DNA of 63,820 nucleotides, filler included, from Bigelowiella natans CCMP2755 (taxonomy: Eukaryota; Protista; Cercozoa): the NCBI GenBank assembly GCA_000320545.1. It is 6 parts of 6 records of this genome, joined end to end, with 100 filler letters (N's around TTAATTAATTAA, not from the genome) between each part and the next. Parts side by side here need not be neighbours in the genome. Positions count along the whole stretch, not along the records: positions 1 to 28,376 come from ADNK01000298.1; 5 more parts are not named here. One strand, 5' to 3'. Of this stretch, positions 1-12,059 are shown piece by piece. The first letter of the stretch is position 1. The number at the start of each line of letters is the position of its first letter. The notes beneath the pieces are model-generated. The model did no database searches. It was not told the origin of the DNA and worked only from the letters and a program-made list of their open reading frames with translations. A program made the position numbers and the translations under genes.

Positions 1-16
1 GGAGGAGGAGGAGGAC

Positions 17-395
17 CCGTTCTGCAACAAGGACTAGGAGTCGCTCCGGTGGAAACCATTTCTACGTTCGCCGTGCATATGTTATTAGGGAGTGAGAGCA
101 GCAGCAGCAGTAGCAGTAGTGATAACACTTCATCATAACAAGTGCGAATGATCAAATACTGACGAGTGTGCACATGGATGTGTGTAGCGTCTACTCCCGT
201 CACAATCGTGGTTGTCATCACCATCATCCATCATCATCATCATTGTTGTTGTTGTTGTTCTGCTATGGTATCACCGTTATCCGAGAAAGGTGCTCGTCAT
301 AAAAGCCTCTCTTCAAGCAATCTTGTCTGCATGTTGTTGTATTAGTGGGTGATGAAACTTCATAAAATCAAAACTTTATAGAGTGGGAAGACATA

Positions 396-437
<42 letters not shown>

Positions 438-636
438 TAGACGCTCCTTATAAATTACTATGCGGTTAGTTCTGTTCTACCTTGACCGCTTGCTGGGATG
501 CGAAAGCTCATCGAGGATGCTCATAAATTTAGACTAAAGTTGAAAAACCGCAACAGCAAGCAGGAGGAGGGCTTGGTTGACGATCAATGCGATGCTGCTT
601 CAAAAGTTGTTCTCTGCTGCAAACCATGTTTACATA

Positions 637-680
<44 letters not shown>

Positions 681-1101
681 AAATCATTACTATCAATCAC
701 TCGCAGCTCTCACTCTCATATATTCAACATCATCATCATCATCATCATTATCATCGCACAAACCGGGTCCCTCTTCCAGTACTTCCAGTGGCTCCACGCC
801 CTTTCTGTGGGGTTCCTAAAAGCAGCAGCATCTGGATTAGTAAGAGTGTTGCACTGTCTCTGTATGTTGCGCGACCGACCTCAAAACTACGATTAGCTTC
901 ACCGCTGGCAAGGTTTTTTTGATCCGACTCATCTGTACCAGTGATATAATGAAGGCCATGATATTATGATTAACTCGACTTCAAGAAGAACATAAGGTCG
1001 ATAATGATATTCTTGGCGGTGAAGTTCGTCCATCCTTGCACTCATCAGACAAAGCAAGCCACGCAAAATTTTGGAATGACGGCAATGATAGCGGTCACAT
1101 A

Positions 1102-1149
<48 letters not shown>

Positions 1150-1927
1150 ATACAATACCCTACCGCCGTAGGAAGATGCATATACACTGGAGTCTTCTCG
1201 CCGACAACCCGGACAGTGCCCTTTCGCTTCGAATCGAAATGGCTGGGGTTATGCCGTTTCAAGGTAGGGGGGGGGGAAGGGGGGGGAGAGTGGCAATTAT
1301 ATGATATCTAGAAGTAAGAGCAAAACGATATAAAACATACCGTTGATAGCTTTCGTCTGAGGGGAATGGTCTCTTCTTGCTTCTCGTAGTGCGGTCAAAA
1401 TAGTGAGTCTCCGCCTTTTATGGATTAGTGCGTTCAAGTGTTATTGGCCAGAGATCACGAGCCCAACCACAAACACACGACAGTATATAGATGTTAAAGA
1501 TGAGACACAGAATTTGTTCATAATTTGAGATTACTTCAGGCATCCAGACTTCTGGATGCCTACGCAGGCAGCCGACCTGCATTCATTAACAACACACATA
1601 TGAGGATATGTGTGTGTGTGTTGGTGTGTTATGTGTGGCGTGTACGTGCGCGCATAAAACACACATGGCTGTACATAAACTTACACACGCTGCCCGTGAA
1701 ATAGGTTAAACTAAGCACAGGAATGCCTCAATTTCGCCATTAAGAATTCTCACCATGCTCTCAGTTCCGCCCTTCATGGCCCCCACAATGATGAAATCCG
1801 GTCCTCTGCATGCTGGAGATGACGAAGACGGAATGTTTTCTTCCTTTGCCTCCGTAGCCGCTTTGTACCCGTTTGTCTCCCCGTCTTTCTTCTTGCCGTC
1901 GGGGGTGAGCATCTGTCTCCGTATCAT
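17..1927 (-). CDS. PAPS-dependent sulfotransferase (HS3ST/NDST-like Sulfotransfer_1 domain); at least 9 exons, 3' end runs off the window start
   Basis: GT-AG splicing gives PDFIIVGAMKGGTESM|VGCLRRHPEVWMPE|AETHYFDR...|...GEKTPVY...|...KLIVVLR|NPTERAWSHW...|...RGFYDEHL...|KWFPPERLLVLVAE. The 5'-PSB motif (GAMKGGT), 3'-PB motif (RNPxxRAWS) and downstream family motifs occur in the expected order. Confidence 0.9.
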
Positions 1928-2487
1928 CCAGGCATCGGCAGTCAAGCGACCGTAGTATTGTTCTAGTTGTTGTTGCCGTTTTAGTACCGTTTATATCCAG
2001 TAAATATCGGGATACTAATTGTATCAAACTTACTCATTTTGACGTTCTTACTTCAGGGAGGTAAAATGACTCACTGCAACACTTAGAACATTTCTAGCAC
2101 ATAATTCTGTCTTGAATTGCGACCTGACTCGAGATATTCGGAGGTGTGTTCTTCGGATGCGAAGCTGCTGTGCGGAACTTGTGAATAAGCTCCCGAAAGA
2201 CCTCAAAGATTTCCGACTATGCACAATTATCCATTCACTATTATTTAACGACTTTGAAATATCTTTGTCGTATATGTTTTTTTCATATAATAAATCTGAA
2301 CAAAATGATCCTGCATTCTGAACAGACCATTGTGAATCTCGTGAGGGAAAAAACTCACCCAGAGACCTAATTAAAGAAAAAGACATCACAAAAGAAATAC
2401 ATTTAATTCAAAAAGACATGTATTTTGAATTTCATTCAAATATTATAGATGCCAGTAGGTCTTACTTCGCGACTTGTAATTGGTAAG

Positions 2488-3203
2488 ATGATGGCTCCAT
2501 CCCGCCGCCGAGTGCTTTCCCTTTTTACGCCTGCTACTTCTGGAGGATCCTTCGCTCGAACTCTAACCACTCTTCGCTTCAAGAAATTCGCCCAGAGAGA
2601 TGGAAATGATGTGAAAGTTAGCAATGTGCGAACTCTCGCTACCCGCCCCACGTCCCCGGATGTGAAGATCTACAAGTTTCCAGTCGCAGCACTTTCTTCC
2701 ATCACAAATCGAATCACCGGAGTCCTTCTTTCCATCGGTATTTACAAAGAATATTCTAAATATCTACAACGATTTTCCTTACTGATATATGAATTATCAC
2801 TGAATAAGGGTGCGCTGGAGTGGGTGCTGCAGCAATCACCATCGACTGCAATGTTCCCGTGATTATTGACAGCATTAAAACCTCTGCTCCTGTACTCGTT
2901 CCTGCTATGAAGCTTTGCGTTGGATTTCCTCTTGTATACCACTACCTTGGAGGTGTTCGCCACTTGGTACTACAACTACACAAAAGCCCATCGTTAACCC
3001 ATGTAGAAATGGTGGTTGTGGTGTAGCAGTAGTAGTTGAATAGTAACAGACAACTCACTAAAAAAAATGTGTTCACTTTTTGCTGTAAGGTATGGGATTA
3101 CACTCTTAAGGGGCTGGATATTTCGTCCATGGAACAGTCAAGTTATGCCCTATTTGGTGGTTCTGCTGTGATTAGTCTAGTCCTAGCATTCGTTACTTTT
3201 TAA
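2488..3203 (+). CDS. SDH3: Succinate dehydrogenase cytochrome b560 subunit (SdhC/SDH3) with N-terminal mitochondrial presequence; exons 2488-2737, 2809-2966, 3090-3203
   Basis: Spliced product contains RPTSPDVKIYKFP, SSITNRITG and YHYLGGVRHLVWD (heme-ligand His motif), three hydrophobic helices and an Arg/Ser-rich N-terminus. Confidence 0.92.
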
Positions 3204-3299
3204 GTTATGATACTTTGTATGTTACACAACTCATGTACAACATATATTATGCAGCTGATAATTATGTGCCTTTTTGTTGGTTAATATTACTGTGATTCA

Positions 3300-4285
3300 A
3301 ATGAGCACGTATATATGCACACACACACATATGCACATGTATGTACATGCACGTACATGTGCACACATGCATGCATGAATGTTGACATGTGCGCATTTGC
3401 ATGTGCGTGCACGCGCAGCTTTGCATGCTCATTGCAGGTGTCCTTGTGTCCTTCCTTGTGCACCCTCTAGCCCTCAGTTGTGTACATGTTGTGCACACGC
3501 CATCATTGCACCTCGATCCGATCGTGATGGCACGCGTGGCAATCGCATCGATCATCATCATTGATCATGCATGCATGCATGCATGCTCATTACACTCATC
3601 GATCGCTACTAGGCTAGCTACAGCATGCAGCAAGTGTGCATGCCATGTGGCTCATCATTTTACAATTTGCGATGCGTCGTTCCACGCACACACTACGTCT
3701 GCTAAGCGTCTGCAAAGTGGTGTGTGCATCTGCGATGCATGTGGCATCCTGAAGGACATGGATCATCTCCTGCAATGTCCAACACATGGTCGAGAACAAA
3801 TCAGATTGCGCAATCAAATGCGCGCGATCATGAATCGCAACGACGACACGAACCGGTTGACAAAGGCTGAAATTGACTCCAGAACTGCTGCGCGGCCTGC
3901 GCGGCAACATCGGTCGCATGAGGACGCTTTCAAATGCATGAAACACATTGTGGCAGAAACCAATAGATGCAACATTAGCGCTGTAGCCGCTGCATTGCAC
4001 AGCTACATCAGGATGACCATTGAAAAAATTTAATTCTTCATCACATCCGTCTCATCTGTGTCCCCATCTGCTAGCCATGCATGTTGCTGAATGCTGCAGG
4101 CTCATCTAGACATCTGTGAATCGCAGAAGCGCACATGGGACACTGCACATGCGCACCACCATCATTCAAATGTCAAAATTTTGCCTTGCTGCTACCATGC
4201 TACGCCACTATGCTGTGTTGTCGCATGCAGAGATCATTCATCGTTCTTGTCTCAAAATAGGCACATGCTAGCATGTCTGGTGGGA
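3300..4285. repeat. TpA-depleted island A (contains retroelement relic)
   Basis: In 3361-4280 I count 22 TpA, 18 of them preceded by C or followed by G, and none in 3721-3960. CATG, TGCA and CTAG are abundant and CpG is retained. Confidence 0.8.
3690..4056 (+). mobile_element. Decayed non-LTR retrotransposon 3' end (C-terminal CCHC-like zinc knuckle, ORF end, short 3' tail), copy 1
   Basis: CDACGILKDMDHLLQCP resembles the CxxC...HLLxCP motif at the end of LINE ORF2. The last ~135 bp are clearly homologous to 45071-45206. Confidence 0.65.
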
Positions 4286-4455
4286 TAATATCGCGACTAT
4301 TTTCAACAAAATTATTACCCTCCAATCAGCTGTCACTCCGATGATATTTTTCCTTGGAGCACCGTAGGGTATTTTAGGGGTTAAAAATAGACAGAAACTC
4401 AGAACGACATTTCCCTCCTAAGACAACTAATTCGTAAGACCACAAATGTGAAAAT

Positions 4456-5910
4456 ATGAACTTCCCTGCGCCTATTCCTGAATATTATGCGGCACAAGCA
4501 GCAAAATATATATGAAAAGCATCTCATTTATTTATTCTATCTCTAAAATAATATGAAAATAAATCTTAAGTAGGGAGGTCTCATTGCAAGGATCTGCGGA
4601 AGATGGTTACACGCTCGAAAGTCCTTATAGCTGGGTGAGTGAGAGAAAAAGAGAAAGCGAGATTAACATGACCTCTTTCTTATTCGGCCTTTCTATCATT
4701 GAAATTGTTATTTATTTCGAAAACCCATTGATGTGCTCATGCTAAAATGATTGATTCGTACACAGATATGTGCTTATGCTGGCCTTCGGAGTGGGATTCA
4801 TCATCTGTTGCTGGATGGGAACCGCAAAGACAAATTCGGCTAAAGATGGATTTTTGTGAGGATTTAATTTTTATGTCAATTTTTTTCCAACCGCCATAAC
4901 ACCGCTTCTGAAGATTATGTGATTCTGTCGCGTTGGACTGCACTGTCGCAGCCCTTCTGAGTGGAAATGTTATTTGCGATTAAAATTAGGATGACATGGA
5001 ACAGTGTGATGATGCTCTGCACGTTGCTGCAGGTAGTCATATAGGTGAAGGGGTGGGGAAGAATATTTGTTCGTGCAATATTTGTGCGTGCACTTTTGAA
5101 ATGATAATAAATATATTACTATTCGATAAACGAGCTGATATGGATTTGTGAATTACCCAGATGCTCTATTGGCGAGTCCTCCATGCTGGTTCGAATCTCT
5201 ACGTCGGAATCACGCTCTCAATGATGGGATTCATGAGCTTACAGGCGGTAACAACGAATACCGCATATATAGCTTTCCTTCGATTTGGTTCATCTATGAT
5301 CTTCCCTCCCTTTTTGAAATGTACCTACATCTTCATCCTATCGCCGTTGTAATTTTAATAATAATGACGGACGATGACATTTTATAGGTAGTGGCAGCAG
5401 CAACCTACGTGGATACCAGCAAAAACGACGTAAAATTACCATGCCAGCGACGAACAGCAGCCTGCTTGTGCATGTTGCAGCGATGATTAATGAGAATGAC
5501 GATGGCGGGGTGTTGATGTGATAATGGGTGTGTGTGCGCGGCATGATGACACGGGACTTATACATTGCACATTAACGCAATTAACCGAAAACTAGGTGTA
5601 TGACGACGCAATTGGAAGTTTCGCTATCCTCTATGCCTTCACCACGGTTATTGTTTTCACATTTAAACACTACCATCTCTGATCGAAGCGTGTGATGTAT
5701 ACCCCGGCCACGATAAAATTGTTGAAACCAATAACAACAAACTGCGCGCTTGTAATCCAGTAATGTCTCTAATAATAAGAATACCATTCTTCCATGTGGT
5801 CGTTTAGATTTGCCACATTGCTCTGATGGCATTGTGGCGGCATGGGGGGGGAGAATTCGATGGAGAAGACGGAGAAGGAGGAGCTCCTGTCTTTGACAAA
5901 AAGGACTACG
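4456..5910 (+). CDS. Hypothetical multi-exon membrane protein; ends uncertain
   Basis: GT-AG exons splice in frame to MTWNSVMMLCTLLQ|MLYWRVLHAGSNLYVGITLSMMGFMSLQA|VVAAATYVDTSKND|VYDDAIGSFAILYAFTT, with hydrophobic segments. No family recognised. Confidence 0.4.
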
Positions 5911-6194
5911 GTATGAGATGTATTGACCATAGCACAGATGATCATGTTCTTAGATTCATTAAATTATGAGATTGAAACAAAGAGAAAGGGCGGGGAGTGG
6001 GAGGGAGGCAGTGTGGAAGTCAAAGTTAGTATTGGCTTGAATTCTGTCATCCACATACCATTCTGAGTCCAACTCTCCTGTTTCAGAACAAGTGACGACC
6101 TCGACATAGGAATACAACGGTGGAAAGCTCGAAATGAAAACTATTGTTGCTCGGTAGCGGTAGAAACGGTTCAACTCATCGAAAGACAACAAGC

Positions 6195-6568
6195 TGTTCA
6201 GCTAGCTAGCTAGTATATGTTCATTTGCAATTGCAATCATATCATGATGGAAATAGATTGAGTGACGCCGCTACTATGGCAGGCTAGCAGGAATCACTAT
6301 GTCAATGTGTAGATGTTTGCTCGATGGACGAACATAGCACATGCGTTTTTGTGATGATGCGACCTAGCGACGTGTCTGGTAGACGTCCATAGCGCTAGAG
6401 CGTATGATGCGAGCATGTGTGTTCATGTGTAAGCATCTAGTACCATCGTTGCAACTTGCGCGCACACGCCGCAAAAAAGCAGCCCCCTAATGATGAATGC
6501 CAGTCGCGCATGTGAATCATTCGATCTAGCGATGTCTAGGATGTCACATCCAGATGGACAACTTGCAC

Positions 6569-6605
<37 letters not shown>

Positions 6606-6860
6606 TACATGTTCACAAGCGTCCTAGATGGTGACTGGCGATGCGATTCTGCAGCATGGAGGCACCGCTGCTAGGCATCGTCTACATTGTTTCAGGATTC
6701 AGGATGTAGAACTTTGTGCGACAGCATTTTTAGATGAGGCGACATATTGTGATGCGTCTATTGCGATGTGCACTGCTTTGCCGTATCTAGACATGTTAAT
6801 CGGTGTACACCGTCATGCGCCATGTGCCATACACATTGTACCAACTAGAATTATCATACC
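6195..6860. repeat. TpA-depleted, CTAG-rich island B
   Basis: Begins with (CTAG)3 at ~6202. Most surviving TpA lie in CTA or TAG contexts, and CATG/TGCA are frequent. Confidence 0.65.
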
Positions 6861-6894
6861 ATGCAAAAAGTATCACATTGTTATTTCCAGATGC

Positions 6895-9800
6895 TTAAAC
6901 CGACGATGGAGTGTCCTTAATCACATTTGGTGTCACCAGCGCCGAACTTGAGGTAGTTGATTTGTTCTTTTTGTTAATTTTATTCAACTTTAAACTCTCA
7001 GCGGAATTCCGCAACCAGCCCTTGCTTCGGTTTGAATAATCTCCCTCCAATGCAAACGGAAAATCATAGACAATCAAGACACGGGAATCCTCCCCATCAT
7101 TTTCATATTTTCCAAGAAAACGCAGATGAGCTTCTTCTGCATGTTCTCTTGCACTGGGGAGATAATTTTTCAAAATTGTATCTTGAAATAACTTGCGAAT
7201 CTCCGACATTTTGCCATCATCCTCATCATCATCTTTGGTCGGGAGCAAAAGGGAAACTTTTAGATTTGCATCCGATTTGCCCTTTCTACGAGCAACAATT
7301 GCCTGATCCATTACGTCAAATTCTGCATAACAGGAGGCGATAGCTCCCGGATTCTCAAACCACAACGACGCCTCTCCTCGTATCTCCTTGAAACGACATC
7401 GAGTTCCAGCATCTCGCCAGTGAAGGGGCTTCTTCAGGTACGAAATTCCGACGCATCGACCTAAAGGCTTGAAGGACTCGGTATTTTCAACAGCTTGTTT
7501 TATATCTTCTTCAAAGACGCCTGTAAAAATTTAAAGTTAGTTTAAGCTTAAACTATATCCAAATTTCTGCTTACCATCAGGAATATCATAGACGCGTAGA
7601 TGTATCTGATTTGTATCTAGTTTAGCTTGGTTTTTCCTTTTCTCCTGCGACAGATTGGTCTTTTGTTCATTTTCTCTCGATTTTTGTTTATCATCGGTAG
7701 CTGCATATTTTTCTTCGCCGCCATCGCTGTACATATCTCCATAAGACTTTGTCTTAGATTCGTTCGAAGCGCGCCTGTTCCATCTCGACTTTGTCATTGC
7801 GTCTTTGATTGCATCCAGTCTTGGCCCGGGCTTCAGCTTTGCTTGGAATAAGCTCAAATCGCTATCTCGAGCCCAATATTCGGTTTCTACAGGTTTTTTG
7901 TCAGACCCTAGTCGCTCTTTGATTTTCACTTTGTTGTAAACATCTACCAACAACACCGTTTCGCGTTCTTTAAGTTGTAAAATTCCAAATTTACGCCTGG
8001 GTAACTCTCTGATTTTAAATCTGAAGCAGTACGGTGCCTGACATCGAATCTTGACAGATTCATCGAACAGCTCCTCATCAATTTCGGTGACAAAATCTAG
8101 TGCAATCAGATTGAGTACAATCTCGATTCCATCGGATGTGAGAACAACCTGCACCGCCATTGGGATGATTACATAAGGAAAAAGAATATTTCCAACGAAA
8201 TCTATGAACAGGAAAAAGTTTGCAGTGTGGCCCTTTGCGAGCAGGGCAAATTGTCCAGCACTAGCCCTTGCCTTGGTGAGATAATATAGAAAAGCTCCAG
8301 CAGCTGCTAACTGACGCACAAGGCCAGAGTCTGATGGATCATCATCAACTTCGTCTTCATAAAGACTTGTGTAAACTATCCAGAGAATAATAAGCTGAAT
8401 TAAGAACGGGGCAATGATCTCCGCACCAAACTTTTGCGTTACAATTGATGGAAGAACACTAAAAGCAGTCAGCAAGAGCTTTGGAGACATTATTGGATTA
8501 CGGAAAGTTGAGTTTGCGTCGAGATCCTCTGGGTCATTCACTAATATATCTGCAGCTTCAGCCCATTCTCTGTAGACACTTTCCACCCAACCCCGGAAAT
8601 CAGAATTCAAGACAATCGGTTCCGTTTGGATCGAGTTGCGAAGTAAAACATTATAGAAGATCCCGGCAGAAATCAGAGGTCGGAAGAATAGTGAGTGAAT
8701 AATGATATCAGCGTAGTACACCATACTTCCTAACATTCCTGAGATTGCAACGTAGAGTGGGCTCAAAGATCCGATGATTAGTGTGCTTAGCACTGACGAC
8801 CAGTCGAGGCCACAACACTTGCACCGCGAAAGGCTATCATACATAAGTAGCCAGTGGTACCTAAGTTGATAACAAACCTTATTCTAGCATAGATTTGACA
8901 CAGCCAATAAATTTCACGTTACCTTGCCACACGGAACGTTACAGCACTCAATTGAACTAGAGTGAATGAAACGAAGAATACTGGAAGATTGAATATAAGA
9001 TGCAGCAAGTAATGAATGCTATAAAACGGATTAAGGAGGAGTACGCGATCAATAAACTTTTCGCATCTCGTGGGTTCCCTCTCTCCAAAAATTGTATATC
9101 CATCGCCCTTCGCTCTTGGAGTCTTCAGCTCTATTTCATCCTCGTTTGCGGCTTTTTCACGTCCACAAACACATTTTGCGCAATTCTTATCACAGCAAAG
9201 CATACACCTATAATTTATCAGTAATATATATCTACTGGTCTTATCGGTTTATCTCTTTCAGATATTGATGGCTCACCAGAGAGATTCTATGTAGTCATCC
9301 TCTTCGATATTTTCAAACACCTGCTCGGAATTGATCAGATTATATGCCCATTGAGGCCGATAAAGAGGAACAAGTGCAGTTCGTCTGCTCGCCGATAGGC
9401 TAAATGTACATGAAACAATTAATAGCAAGTACATGCAACACACTCGTATACAAGCATGTTGTGCAATACAACCTTAACTCGTCGTCAATATCGTAATCAA
9501 ATGAAGTCTTCACGCCATGCTTTTGTAACTATTAGAAAGCTAACTGAACATGGAGGAAGAAGACATACACGTGGTCCCATTACACCTTGTCCAGAGAGGT
9601 CGCCATCTTCCGCGCCAAACGAAGATATTTCTCGAAGTCTTCAACGGAATCTGCCCTTCAGGAAGTGGGTAACAAACAAAATTTGCTATTCTACAACATG
9701 GAATCGAATTAAAGAGAAGACTAACGAAGTTGCTATTTAGCAACATGCTATGAGAAGAAGAAGACCATGAAAGATGAAAGAAGAAAGTGTTGAGGGAGGG

Positions 9801-9964
9801 TGAAGGAAAAATTCAACAACTTCAGAAGGGTTCACAAGGCTGTTATGTCGCAGATCAGAAACGCAGGGGAATCGTCTCTGAACGGGGGGCAAAAAAGTTA
9901 GCGCATTCCACAGAGTTTGGATGAATTTTATGGCATAACATGCTCTACGACGAACAATATTCAT
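6895..9964 (-). CDS. Hypothetical multi-pass membrane protein, multi-exon; 5' end uncertain
   Basis: Long ORFs 7537-8844, 6895-7365 and 8919-9203 plus upstream exons are joined by short introns. Several TM helices are followed by IVLNLIALDFVTEIDE. Confidence 0.7.
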
Positions 9965-10530
9965 TGAAATCGTGCAAAATCACACGGCGTCCTGATCATT
10001 GATAAAAAACTTGATCAACAATTTTGTTTGTACATTTTTTCGAACGGAACGGGATAGCGATCGCTATGGCTGCTCCATGGGTCATCTCCGGTACTGCACT
10101 CACCTAACTAGGATGAAGTAGCTCTTATGCTAAATGGATGCAATAATGAGAATTCTGATAACAGATTCGATTCGATTGGTCATAGTTGCGATTCAAGAGG
10201 CAAATGATTAGAGGAGAAAATGATACGCATTCACCACATTTGAATCCCTTCGACTTTACTTTTCATACGGATTGGAGATGTGGCGGGAATGGAAAGAACT
10301 AACAAGATATCGAAAAATATTATTTTTGACCAATGCAGTCTAGTCAGTCTAGACATTGCATGGTACTTCACGTGCACATGTGCGTGACATGCTATGTCAA
10401 CGATTTCAGCTTCTCACTGTGCACTATTTTTTCATTCAATTATTCATAATACCTACCAGATTTACAACATTTCGCAACTTCTCTTTGGAAATAGCGGCAA
10501 TAGTAAAGTAAAAAACAACTTGCATAGGTG

Positions 10531-10568
<38 letters not shown>

Positions 10569-10630
10569 TGCGTGTGTGTGCGACGCGCTTGATTGCATAA
10601 TTTGGACACGAAGAAGCAAATTATATCAGA

Positions 10631-11917
10631 ATGAATAGCTGCACCGGAGCTGCAATGTGGGTTGGGTATCTGGTAATAAGCATTCTTGAAGCTTATCTAA
10701 AAGATTAATAATGTTGTTGTTGCAACCATAGGGAATTCATGAGCCCCTCTATTTTGGTTGGCAGTTTTATGTAATCTTCGGAGAAATAATCACGGTCCAG
10801 TGTTTCCAGTGTTTAAAATCTTTTGAGACAATTTTCAAACTTATCTGCTGTTAAAAATACGCAGTTGATAATATCTCTTACGGCTATATACCTGACGTAA
10901 GTGAAATCGCCCACTATGAATTCCACCATACTGCAAGTCATCTATAGCTTTTCAGATATATTATTTTGCTGGCGGCATACTCGTCAGTTAACCTTTCGTC
11001 AAAGCTTCCCACTGGAATTAGATTATCCTGTAGTGCATTAGCTGCTGTGACGATTGCCTCAAAAATTACGATTGTAATTCAAGTAAAAATGTCATTATAG
11101 ATGTTTGGGGCTTACGATGCTTATTTGTTGTTATTAGGGTGCTTCAGTTCTGATATCAAATAGTTTATATGTAAACTCATTCCGCCATATTGTGAACATA
11201 TTGATAGTTCTCACACTTTCCCTCATCCTAGAATCAACTATCATTAAATTGTATCGATCAATAGAAAAACTTTATTCTGGCGGGACCAGAAGACTGTCCC
11301 TTTCGCATGTATCGGTTTCCAAGGCCCCCAAAAGTGCCAAACAATCTACAAGTGCAATTCCAGTGAAAATCTACGATGCCGAAATGTCGCGATCTCGTCC
11401 TGGGGGTGCAGACACTCTCACCGTGGATAAGGCTGGCAATTTATTGCCCCTAGCAAATATTACGATTCAAGAGAAATCAGGGCTCTCTTCCCTAAGTTTC
11501 AACCGGCAACACATTCCTGCATCAGCAGACGAGGCATCAACAGGGTCCAAAAAAACCCAAATCACTGAAGAAGTGAAGACAGCAACCAGAAACCCCCGCC
11601 ATGTGAGCAGAAATACGAGAAAGATGAGACGCATTGCAAAGGAAATTCGGAATAGGCTCAGATTATTTATCATTCTTATACCTGTTGTTTCAATGTGTGC
11701 GATAGCTTCTCTTATTTGGATCTTCCAACAACAAGCTAGATCAAGATCAGAAACGTATTCTGATGATGCTGACTTTGAATCTATGAACTACAGAGCATCT
11801 ATAGACTTCACTCTATACATCCTTGTGATATTCCTTGCTTGTTATCAAATATATGCTCATGTACCATTTGATCCTTGGTTCGAGGAACTCGTGTGTAAAT
11901 GCAATCTTCTGTGCTAG
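10631..11917 (+). CDS. Hypothetical multi-pass (possibly 7TM) membrane protein
   Basis: The 241-aa terminal exon has a TM helix, a long polar loop and two more TM helices. Short upstream exons encode hydrophobic segments. Confidence 0.5.
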
Positions 11918-12059
11918 GATGTTCTTTTCACATCATTGGGATGTACGAAACTTCTTTCTGAGCTCATGAATTAGAGATCGCCCCCACTTTCAGCGGAAAC
12001 TCCACTAGGAATGTGAACCGAGAACTTAGTAGTGACCTTTACGACAGATTTCAATCAAA

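Noticed and set aside
498-1311. ORFs with SLSL, HTHT, CVCV or poly-I runs (also many at 38000-39500 and 48300-63800)
   Set aside because: Translations of intronic microsatellites, often antisense to real exons.
3389-4033. 214-aa His/Cys-rich ORF as a novel metalloprotein
   Set aside because: The composition is better explained by loss of TAY and TAA codons in a decayed element plus simple repeats.
4316-4385. CCCT...AGGGGTTAA resembling piggyBac-type ends
   Set aside because: Only a few matching bases, no extended inverted repeat and no transposase.
10335-10410. Short CTAG/CATG-rich patch in a divergent intergenic region
   Set aside because: Too short to separate from chance, so not counted as an island.
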